The position numbers and the translations under genes are program-made. A DNA stretch of 16,607 bases from a virus (lineage: Duplodnaviria; Heunggongvirae; Uroviricota; Caudoviricetes), in the IMG/VR virus record IMGVR_UViG_3300028888_005256, one strand, 5' to 3'. The notes beneath the pieces were generated by a model, which saw only the letters and a program-made list of their open reading frames with translations, was not told the origin of the DNA and did not search any database. Each line of letters starts with the position of its first letter. Position 1 is the stretch's first letter. Of the stretch, positions 1 through 6,722 are shown piece by piece.

Positions 1-6
1 TCTAAT

Positions 7-693
7 ATGTATGATGTATCGATAGTGCAGACTATTCTTAATAGCCCAAGAGACAGAACGAGTGCACATAGTGAAGAAACCTCCTCAAAAATTGATGAGA
101 TAGCAGACATTGTTTCAGTTCGTGCACATGGATTTGAGATTCCAAATAAGAAGCAATCAACTTTTGAATGGAGCTTGCCAACAGGAACTATGCACAAAGT
201 CGAGTCAAATATGAGCTATGAAAGAACTCTTGAAATTACATTAGACTTAGACCAGCCTTTGTATGTCTATGACTTCATAAATGGAGCTTGTGCTAATGTT
301 CAATGCTACTCACAGTCAGATCATTTTTCTGTAATAAATTCAGAAGTAGAGAAACTTAAAAACCCAGAAGCAGGTTATCTTAATTTGAAAGAAGCTTTCT
401 CAAGAATTCCGATGGTGTATCAAAAACTTAAAAGCAATAAACGATTTGACTTGCGCATACGAGTACTGAACAATTACGACGACTACTTGAATCATAAAAT
501 ACAGAAATTGAAGAAGCCTTATACTGATGAGCCTGCCAAAGTCGGTACAATTTTCTATTTTGAAGATGTAAGAGTTCTGGGAACTACTGATGGCCCTACA
601 TTTGACAGAGAAAATGATGGTCAGCAATCAATTACAGTAAAACTAATTTATAAAGCATTATGGAAGAATGCTTGGCCTGAGAAAGGCAAATAG
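7..693 (+). CDS. Probable tail-tube-fold structural protein (T4 gp19/gp48/gp54-like)
   Basis: 228-aa ORF. VRAHGFEIPNKKQSTFEW...SNMSYERTLEITLDLD and the C-terminal PTFDRENDGQQSITVKLIY resemble the tail-tube-family pattern (RCxxxxLP...; LxYxxxxxxxxFTVTFxY). The frame is open to the window edge, so the true start may lie upstream. Confidence 0.5.
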   Translation: MYDVSIVQTILNSPRDRTSAHSEETSSKIDEIADIVSVRAHGFEIPNKKQSTFEWSLPTGTMHKVESNMSYERTLEITLDLDQPLYVYDFINGACANVQCYSQSDHFSVINSEVEKLKNPEAGYLNLKEAFSRIPMVYQKLKSNKRFDLRIRVLNNYDDYLNHKIQKLKKPYTDEPAKVGTIFYFEDVRVLGTTDGPTFDRENDGQQSITVKLIYKALWKNAWPEKGK

Positions 694-719
694 CACAATT
701 TAAGAGGAGAATTTTAGTA

Positions 720-1589
720 ATGGCAAATGTAATTCATTTTGCAACTCGTCAAGCAAGAGATTTGTGGGAGCATGAGATCTCAGGACAGATTTCTGACGGT
801 GCTTGGGAGAATGACAGAAATACAGAAGAGTGGTGGAGAAACACTGAAGTTGTAGTTGACGGCAAAGTTGGCCATGACTGGTGGGAAAGAAGAAATTCTT
901 ACGGAATTTCTCGTCTTAAGCAGTATGTTGGTGACAGAATGGTTGATATTGTCAAATACAGCCAAGTTCTAGAGTATCAGTTCCCTGAGATTAAGGATCA
1001 AAAAGATATTGACAGCATCATTGAAGGTGCAGATGGTTCATGGTCAATGGAAAAGTATGCTATTCCTACACTTGAAAAGTATGGCATCTCTGCAGAGGTA
1101 TGGAATCAAGCTTGTGAAAACTCACCTGTTCAAGAGTGGTCAGACATTCAGCCTTTCTTGAAAGAAATTTCTACAATGTTCAAAACTCGCAATCCTGATA
1201 GTCTTTATCCAAACAAAAAGACTTATTCTAGCAACCCAACTGTTTCAAAAGAAGAAAGAGCTGAACAGAAGCTTGCAAAGCCTTCTACAAATGAAGAGAA
1301 GATGCTTGCATGGCAGGCTGGAACTCGTGGATTCAATGCTAAAGCTGCTGGTACTGAGAAGCTCTATACAAATCTTGAAATCTGCAAGAAGATTGGTTTT
1401 AAAGATGGTTTTGACACAATTCGTGATGAATTGCTCCTTAGAGGTGAAAGACCTGCAGCAAAAATCAAATTCACTGAGAGCAGCATGAATGGCTTGTTTA
1501 CTGGTGTTTGCGATAAATGTCACACATACGGAAATGTAAAGTACATCGGTGGAAACCAACTTTGCATGAGATGCAGCAAAGACAGATAA
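720..1589 (+). CDS. Multidomain phage hypothetical protein with C-terminal Cys4 zinc ribbon
   Basis: 289-aa ORF with a strong SD (AGAGGAG) upstream. The C-terminus reads CDKC-x14-CMRC. It is followed by a terminator. Confidence 0.8.
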   Translation: MANVIHFATRQARDLWEHEISGQISDGAWENDRNTEEWWRNTEVVVDGKVGHDWWERRNSYGISRLKQYVGDRMVDIVKYSQVLEYQFPEIKDQKDIDSIIEGADGSWSMEKYAIPTLEKYGISAEVWNQACENSPVQEWSDIQPFLKEISTMFKTRNPDSLYPNKKTYSSNPTVSKEERAEQKLAKPSTNEEKMLAWQAGTRGFNAKAAGTEKLYTNLEICKKIGFKDGFDTIRDELLLRGERPAAKIKFTESSMNGLFTGVCDKCHTYGNVKYIGGNQLCMRCSKDR

Positions 1590-1610
1590 TCTTTAGCTAA
1601 AAGTACAAAG

Positions 1611-1635
1611 AAAAAGCCCCTTTTTGAGGGGCTTT
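1611..1635. terminator. Bidirectional intrinsic terminator between convergent genes
   Basis: Stem AAAGCCCCT (1613-1621) / AGGGGCTTT (1627-1635), 5-nt loop, with T-rich tails on both strands. Confidence 0.85.
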
Positions 1636-1642
1636 ATCTATT

Positions 1643-2101
1643 TTAAAAAACTAAGAATTTCTTTTCATGGAAGAGATACTTCAAGATGTCTAAGAAGCTT
1701 CGTAAATGAGTTTGTTCCTGCAACTCTGCAACAAGTTCATTGCCCATTTGAGAAATCATACTTAGCTGCTGAATAAGAGTTACAGCATTTCGTAGATTCT
1801 CTTTATTGTCTGGATTGAAAAATTTAATGTCTTCGGGATCTTTTATAACGCTATCAAAAAGGTCTCTCTGGTCTTTTTCTCCCATTCTGCAGAAAATTGA
1901 GTAAATCTCTAAAAGCTCACTCCCTTCTAGTTGTATAATCTGCAATTTAGGCTTTGGCTCTGCGCCATTTGTGGGATCTGCCAAAGTAGCTTCTTTATCG
2001 AATGTTAAGTCTCCGTTTGTATCAAGTTTTGTATGTAAAATAATAATGCAAGACATCTCCTGAACTTTGCTATCAGAAGACTTGATGATTTTCTCTGTCA
2101 A
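1643..2101 (-). CDS. Hypothetical protein
   Basis: 152-aa ORF with a TTG start and SD-like GAAGGA upstream. Last gene of the minus-strand arm before the terminator. Confidence 0.7.
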   Translation of the reverse strand: MTEKIIKSSDSKVQEMSCIIILHTKLDTNGDLTFDKEATLADPTNGAEPKPKLQIIQLEGSELLEIYSIFCRMGEKDQRDLFDSVIKDPEDIKFFNPDNKENLRNAVTLIQQLSMISQMGNELVAELQEQTHLRSFLDILKYLFHEKKFLVF

Positions 2102-2127
2102 TTAAAATGTCCTTCTCTTTTGAATTT

Positions 2128-2538
2128 TTAGCTAAACAAGCTTTTTAAGTCTACAGGCTTTGCTTTTGAGCTATTAGTCCTATAAGCATTTAGCTCAGCA
2201 AAAGTTGTAAAGTACTTCTTGTCATAAGTCTTAATTTTTTCTTCTGAAAGAGAAAGCTCTATAAGCTGACCTGCGTACTTTGTGATTCGCTTCTTCAAAA
2301 GAAAAAGCTGCTTTGCAGAAAGAAAGCCTCTTGACATATAGAATTTTGCAAGAGATGTAAGAAGTTCTGCATCCTGTGGAACAAAACCGCGGTTATTCTT
2401 TATTCGTACAGTAGCTGTAGCTTGCTCAGATTTTGTCTGCTGACTGTAAATCTTCAAAAGAGCTGCTACTGCTTTATCAGGCTTTGCAACTAGTTGAGAC
2501 TTAAGTGCTTCAACCATCGACTTTTTGCTAGTATACAT
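2128..2538 (-). CDS. Conserved-looking phage hypothetical protein (ALLKIYxxQT...GFxxxDAxxLTSLAK...LSxKQ type)
   Basis: The track starts at GTG 2544, but SD AAGGAG (2548-2553) is better spaced for ATG 2538. The motif pattern resembles a helical family I recall from phages and some SNF2-helicase N-termini (unverified). Confidence 0.75.
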   Translation of the reverse strand: MYTSKKSMVEALKSQLVAKPDKAVAALLKIYSQQTKSEQATATVRIKNNRGFVPQDAELLTSLAKFYMSRGFLSAKQLFLLKKRITKYAGQLIELSLSEEKIKTYDKKYFTTFAELNAYRTNSSKAKPVDLKSLFS

Positions 2539-2545
2539 AAGCACT

Positions 2546-2591
2546 ATCTCCTTATTATTTTTATTTTATGATAATAATATAATAAGGAGAT
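2546..2591 (-). promoter_or_regulatory. 13-bp perfect inverted repeat overlapping the RBS of gene 2128..2538
   Basis: ATCTCCTTATTAT (2546-2558) / ATAATAAGGAGAT (2579-2591), 20-nt loop. On the minus-strand mRNA the downstream arm contains the SD AAGGAG. Confidence 0.8.
2566..2584 (-). promoter_or_regulatory. TATTATATTATT promoter-like motif (copy 1 of 3)
   Basis: The 19-mer TTATGATAATAATATAATA is identical to 6609-6627. The 12-bp core also occurs at 13548-13559. All three are intergenic and in sense orientation upstream of a gene. Confidence 0.65.
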
Positions 2592-2604
2592 TATTAGAAT
2601 TCTG

Positions 2605-2889
2605 CTAATCGTCTACAAACTCATTCCAAGGATCAAGACCCTCATCAAGCTGACGAAGACGTTCCTGCAAGATGTGAATGCATTTCTGATAGTCTAACTT
2701 TCGACTTTCACGACGAGTTTTTCCGTTTTCTTTCTTTTTACGAAGAATGCGCTTCACTACATCAGCATCAAAAGGATTCAATTTGTATTCAATCCAGATG
2801 TCCCAGCTCTGAATTTTGTGGCTAGCATAGTCACTCTCACCACAGTTATGACTTCTTACATCACTCAACTCTTCTTTCTTACTTGACAT
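2605..2889 (-). CDS. DUF3310-like phage protein (T7 gp1.7-related nucleotide-kinase-like family)
   Basis: SDYASHKIQSWDIWIEYKLNPFDADVVKRILR...DYQKCIHILQ matches the HY..IQPWD..LNFFEGNVVKY..DLxKAxHYL pattern. SD GGGAG upstream. Confidence 0.65.
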   Translation of the reverse strand: MSSKKEELSDVRSHNCGESDYASHKIQSWDIWIEYKLNPFDADVVKRILRKKKENGKTRRESRKLDYQKCIHILQERLRQLDEGLDPWNEFVDD

Positions 2890-3052
2890 TTAAGCTCCCC
2901 AAATTCTCATATCCGCCTTTCTCTTTTACAAGATTATAAATCTCTGTCAATGAAAGTCCATTAAGCGGATTGTTTGGCTTTCCTACCCAAAATTTAATAG
3001 CTTTATCTACAACTTCATCAAAGTCTTTGTCTTTCTTAACCATTATAGCCAT
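2879..3052 (-). CDS. Small hypothetical protein (~57 aa)
   Basis: The track ORF runs 2879..3091. SD AAGGAG supports ATG at 3052 (MAIMVKKD...). The stop overlaps the next gene's start region. Confidence 0.6.
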   Translation of the reverse strand: MAIMVKKDKDFDEVVDKAIKFWVGKPNNPLNGLSLTEIYNLVKEKGGYENLGSLNVK

Positions 3053-3134
3053 TACGCCTTTCTCCTTCTTCAATATTTGACCAGTAAGCAACTACGCTCA
3101 CCAGAACAAACACAATAATAAAAGATAAAATCAT
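3036..3134 (-). CDS. 32-aa small membrane peptide (not in ORF track)
   Basis: MILSFIIVFVLVSVVAYWSNIEEGERRNGYNG*. SD GAGGAG 10 nt upstream, just past the helicase stop. Hydrophobic N-terminal helix. Overlaps the next start. Confidence 0.65.
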   Translation of the reverse strand: MILSFIIVFVLVSVVAYWSNIEEGERRNGYNG

Positions 3135-3152
3135 ATAAGAATGTCTCCTCAA

Positions 3153-4574
3153 TTAAGATGCTTTTTCATCTGTCTCTTCATCATCAAGCTCATACTGCTG
3201 CATTCGCATACATTCAGGCTGGAACATATAAGCTCCGATCATGCCGACACGTCCTTGATTTTGCTTCATCATTCCAACTTCTACAATGTCTAGCATATCT
3301 TCCCAAAGTTCTTTTGGCAAATAAGTTTCTGCATAGTACTTCTTTCTGAAAAGATAAACTGACCAACGAGCTCGTTCAAGATATGAGTTTGAATCTTTAA
3401 TGTCTGTTCTTTTTGGTCTGAACTTGTCAATGTCTTTTACATCATCAATACGACCATCTTCTGCTTTACGACCAATCTGCAATGTACCGACCCAATGGAA
3501 ACCAAGCTCTTTTGCCATTGCATTCATAATGTTTACAGCAACAGTAATTCCTTGTGCAAAGTTTGCACCTTTTGAATCTGTAATCATAAACTCACGAACC
3601 ATTGAAAGCAAGTCGATGAAAAGAATAAAATACTTCTGTCCAATCTTTTTCTGGAACTTCAAAGCATCTTGACGAATCTGCTGCAATGAAACAGATGCAC
3701 ATTCTGAAATTTCAAGCTTTGAATTATCGATAAGCTCTTTGAATTCAGACTCAATTTTGTCTCTCAAAGAAAGCCATGCATTTGGATCTTCAGGATTTAC
3801 AAATTGTGATACAGGAATTCCTGTGCGCAAAGCCATAAGACGATCTGTAGTATCAACATTTCCCATCTCAAGAGTGTAGTACAAACAAGGCACACCAGCA
3901 TTTGCAAGTCCATTGATAAGATTGAGACAATAAGCTGATTTTCCCATACCTGTTGCAGCTGTAATAAGCCCGCCATTTCCAGGATTTGGTCCGTATGTGA
4001 CTGATTTGTCTAGAACTGAATCGTAAAACTTATAGCGCTTACCATTCTTACGAAGATTAAAGTCCTCAAGATACTGTTCTTTGAGTTCTTCCATTGTAGA
4101 AGTTCTCTTTATTGAGACGCCTTCAAGCAAAAGTGACTCAGCTTCAAGCATCTTTTTACGAATAAGTTCTTCTACAGCTTCTTCTCTACGAGGGTGCTTA
4201 TTTATAAGTCCTTCAACTTCAGACATGATTTTAAGAGCTTTTTCAGAGTTCTTCATATAAAGAAGAGACTCAACCATGTCTTTTATGTCTACATCTTTGT
4301 CTTGATTAAGAGCTGCAATCTCTGAAATTGTGTTCAAAGATACATTTACATCAATTCCGCTTGCATACTGGAAAACTGCGAGCTCTGTGTTAGGCGTGTT
4401 CTGCTCTTTAAGATACTGAAGAGCTTTATAAATAGACTTGCTTGAACCATGAATAAAAAGCTCTTCGCTAATTCCAGGCTCATCAAGTTTCTCTGGATTT
4501 AGATAAAGCGCATTCAACAGTCTGTATTCTGAGATAAGCGCTGATGTTGATTCTGTAACTTGCTTTTCTGCCAT
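3153..4574 (-). CDS. dnaB: Replicative DnaB-like (SF4) helicase
   Basis: H1 AATGMGKS, H1a YYTLEM, H2 LFIDLL, H3 TLQIGR, H4 DIKDSNSYLERA. The N-terminal domain is DnaB-sized. Confidence 0.9.
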   Translation of the reverse strand: MAEKQVTESTSALISEYRLLNALYLNPEKLDEPGISEELFIHGSSKSIYKALQYLKEQNTPNTELAVFQYASGIDVNVSLNTISEIAALNQDKDVDIKDMVESLLYMKNSEKALKIMSEVEGLINKHPRREEAVEELIRKKMLEAESLLLEGVSIKRTSTMEELKEQYLEDFNLRKNGKRYKFYDSVLDKSVTYGPNPGNGGLITAATGMGKSAYCLNLINGLANAGVPCLYYTLEMGNVDTTDRLMALRTGIPVSQFVNPEDPNAWLSLRDKIESEFKELIDNSKLEISECASVSLQQIRQDALKFQKKIGQKYFILFIDLLSMVREFMITDSKGANFAQGITVAVNIMNAMAKELGFHWVGTLQIGRKAEDGRIDDVKDIDKFRPKRTDIKDSNSYLERARWSVYLFRKKYYAETYLPKELWEDMLDIVEVGMMKQNQGRVGMIGAYMFQPECMRMQQYELDDEETDEKAS

Positions 4575-4583
4575 AGTGAAAAA

Positions 4584-4592
4584 ATATTAACT
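4584..4592 (-). promoter_or_regulatory. AGTTAATAT -10-like motif 9 nt upstream of the helicase ATG
   Basis: Same GTTAATWT motif as at 5324-5332, 8303-8311 and 8635-8643. Confidence 0.4.
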
Positions 4593-4603
4593 CCGTAATG
4601 ATA

Positions 4604-5317
4604 TTAAAACAATACAATCGGTTCAGATTGTCTATTCTGCAAATAGTTGTCTTCAAATGTGAGAAGCGTCTTATGATTTTCTGTCTCTCTTTGCACAAAG
4701 TCTTGTATTGAATGAGAGAATCCCTGAGTTTCAATGTCTTCTGGCTTTACATTTGAGATAAAAAGAATGCCTTTATTCTCAGACTGAATTCTTGTACGAA
4801 TAAAAGAATCAATAAAACTATTCTGCCAACCAGTAGAGAACAACTTAACTTTAGATTTGTCAAATGCTTCATCAATTACAAGTAAATCCGACTTCATCAA
4901 AAGGTCTACGTCACTTCTTGCTTCAGTGTCTCGTTCTGCTCTTTCAAGAAGTTTTATGAGGCTGTCCATTAAGATATAACGAACTGAATACTTTTCTCTA
5001 ATAAGAGACTTACCGACCCAAGATGCCATTGTAGATTTCTGACAACCATTTGGCCCATACATGTAAACTACGAGTTTCTTAACTTCTGGATTTTCTTTGA
5101 ATTGCTTGACATAGTTGATAAGCCGATTCTTTGATTCTACCGACTTTGTACCCACATACTTGCGAGGATTAAAGTCATAGTTTCGCATGTCAAAGCCATA
5201 ATGTTTATACAATGCTTTTGCTTGCTTTTCAAGTCTTTCTTCTTTGTGTTCAGGTTTTTCTTTGAGAACATTGTCTTCTAAATAAAAGCCATCAGGCACT
5301 TTGTAATAGTCAATCAT
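4604..5317 (-). CDS. DnaC/IstB-like AAA+ ATPase, putative helicase loader
   Basis: Walker A-like YMYGPNGCQKST, Walker B LLVIDE, ILFISN sensor strand. Lies immediately upstream of the helicase. Confidence 0.8.
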   Translation of the reverse strand: MIDYYKVPDGFYLEDNVLKEKPEHKEERLEKQAKALYKHYGFDMRNYDFNPRKYVGTKSVESKNRLINYVKQFKENPEVKKLVVYMYGPNGCQKSTMASWVGKSLIREKYSVRYILMDSLIKLLERAERDTEARSDVDLLMKSDLLVIDEAFDKSKVKLFSTGWQNSFIDSFIRTRIQSENKGILFISNVKPEDIETQGFSHSIQDFVQRETENHKTLLTFEDNYLQNRQSEPIVLF

Positions 5318-5323
5318 AATTTT

Positions 5324-5332
5324 AAATTAACA
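5324..5332 (-). promoter_or_regulatory. Extended -10 (TG-T-TAATTT), 6 nt before the loader ATG; leaderless geometry
   Basis: TGTTAATTT-aaaatt-ATG with no SD. Confidence 0.5.
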
Positions 5333-5399
5333 CTTTTTGTTCTTAAAGTGATTTGAGATGACCCATACAAATTGTCTTGCTACAAGAATAGAGCTTCCA

Positions 5400-6596
5400 T
5401 TACTTATGAGTTACACAAATCTTGATTTCTGCTCGACGACCGATCATTCTCTTGTAATGAAAACCGTCTTCAACATTATTTGGGTGTTTAATTCCACGCA
5501 TAGAAGCTTCTGCATAGTACTCTTCTGCATCTTCATGAGTGACTTCGAGAATCTCTTTATCATACATAAGAGCTTTAACAGCATCAATTGGAAGAGGAAC
5601 TGCACCATGCTTTAGATAGATACGCTCCATTGCTTCAGAAACTTCTCCCCAAAATTCTCTGTCAATGAGTTGCAAATCATCTTCGATGATTTTGAAAAGT
5701 CGTCTCTTTCCCTCATCTGTGCCATCTGAAGCACAGTACTGAAGCTTTCGTCCGCCACGTTTGAAAGTATACACAACAACAGCTTTAAGGCCGTCTACTG
5801 AACGATCAATTTTCCAGAAGTCTGAATCTTTGACAAGATCTTCTTTTCGATCAAGACCAAGAATGCCACCAATTGGTTCATAAGCTTTTTGAAGCATTTT
5901 GAAGATTTCATCTACATACTTCAATGCACTAGACTTGTCTTCTTTTGTAACGATATTCACATAATGCTCTCGAAACACATTCTCTTTCAAAGAGTTCTTT
6001 GAGCCAGCCATCAAGTCAAATGCATCAAAGTAACTTTCTGCAGCATCAAGAGCTTTGAAGAGCTCATCTTCATCAATACGATGATTTCCATCTACTGAGC
6101 AATAGTTTACAAGACCGCTTACAGTAGAACCATAAAGAACTTTGAACATATCCTTAAAGCTAAAAAGCTCATCCGACTTTGCAAAAATACCAAAAGTGCT
6201 TTGTGCAGCAGCTCGATTCACATCTTCATAAGTGTCTTCTTCGATACCATCAAGAAGATCTGTAAGTTCTTCGTCCATCGGATATCCACGATTCTGCTCA
6301 AAAAGAACTGGAATATGCACTGAAGGCAACATACAAGGATTGATTACGATTTTTGCGCATTCTTCTTGATTAAGAGCTAGCGCATAAAAAGCTCCAAATG
6401 AATGAGCTACAATTGTGTCAATATGCTTCCCATTAAGAATGGATTTGATTTTAGCCATTGTACCAGGGAAGTCTAATAAGTCAAAAGACTCTGCAAAGAA
6501 TTCATCTCCTTGCTTAGAATAGTACTTCTTAATAATTTTTGCTGTAGAGCCTGTTGGACTTCCATCAAATCCGTGTATGTAAAGAACTTTTGCCAT
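5400..6596 (-). CDS. YqiA/UPF0227-like alpha/beta-hydrolase (esterase) fused to a C-terminal GNAT-like phage domain
   Basis: N-terminal LYIHGFDGS, nucleophile elbow AHSFG, VINP, candidate Asp (KSDE) and His (GNHRI). The ~190-aa C-terminal domain has GNAT-like spacing (YVDEIFKMLQKAY...KAVVVY...AMERIYLKHGAVP). SD AAGGAA. Confidence 0.75.
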   Translation of the reverse strand: MAKVLYIHGFDGSPTGSTAKIIKKYYSKQGDEFFAESFDLLDFPGTMAKIKSILNGKHIDTIVAHSFGAFYALALNQEECAKIVINPCMLPSVHIPVLFEQNRGYPMDEELTDLLDGIEEDTYEDVNRAAAQSTFGIFAKSDELFSFKDMFKVLYGSTVSGLVNYCSVDGNHRIDEDELFKALDAAESYFDAFDLMAGSKNSLKENVFREHYVNIVTKEDKSSALKYVDEIFKMLQKAYEPIGGILGLDRKEDLVKDSDFWKIDRSVDGLKAVVVYTFKRGGRKLQYCASDGTDEGKRRLFKIIEDDLQLIDREFWGEVSEAMERIYLKHGAVPLPIDAVKALMYDKEILEVTHEDAEEYYAEASMRGIKHPNNVEDGFHYKRMIGRRAEIKICVTHK

Positions 6597-6608
6597 CTTG
6601 CTGTTTCC

Positions 6609-6649
6609 TTATGATAATAATATAATAGCTTGTAAAATTAGTTTTTAAA
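6609..6649 (-). promoter_or_regulatory. TTTAAA-N16-TATTATATTATT promoter (copy 2)
   Basis: Minus strand: TTTAAA (6649-6644), 16 nt, TATTATATTATT (6627-6616), then SD and ATG 6596. Same geometry as 13526-13559. Confidence 0.7.
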
Positions 6650-6687
6650 AAAAAAATGCCAGACCCTCTAAAAAGAAGATCTGGCAT
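6647..6687 (-). terminator. Intrinsic terminator downstream of the SSB gene
   Basis: Minus strand ATGCCAGATCTTCT-TTTT-AGAGGGTCTGGCAT forms a 14-bp stem with two G.U pairs, followed by a long U-run. Confidence 0.85.
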
Positions 6688-6722
6688 AGTCTATCAATTA
6701 CTCTCTCACAAAAGAGATTTCA

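Noticed and set aside
1642-1670. Fourth TTTAAA promoter copy
   Set aside because: It overlaps the stop of ORF 1643..2101 and has no TATTAT 16 nt downstream.
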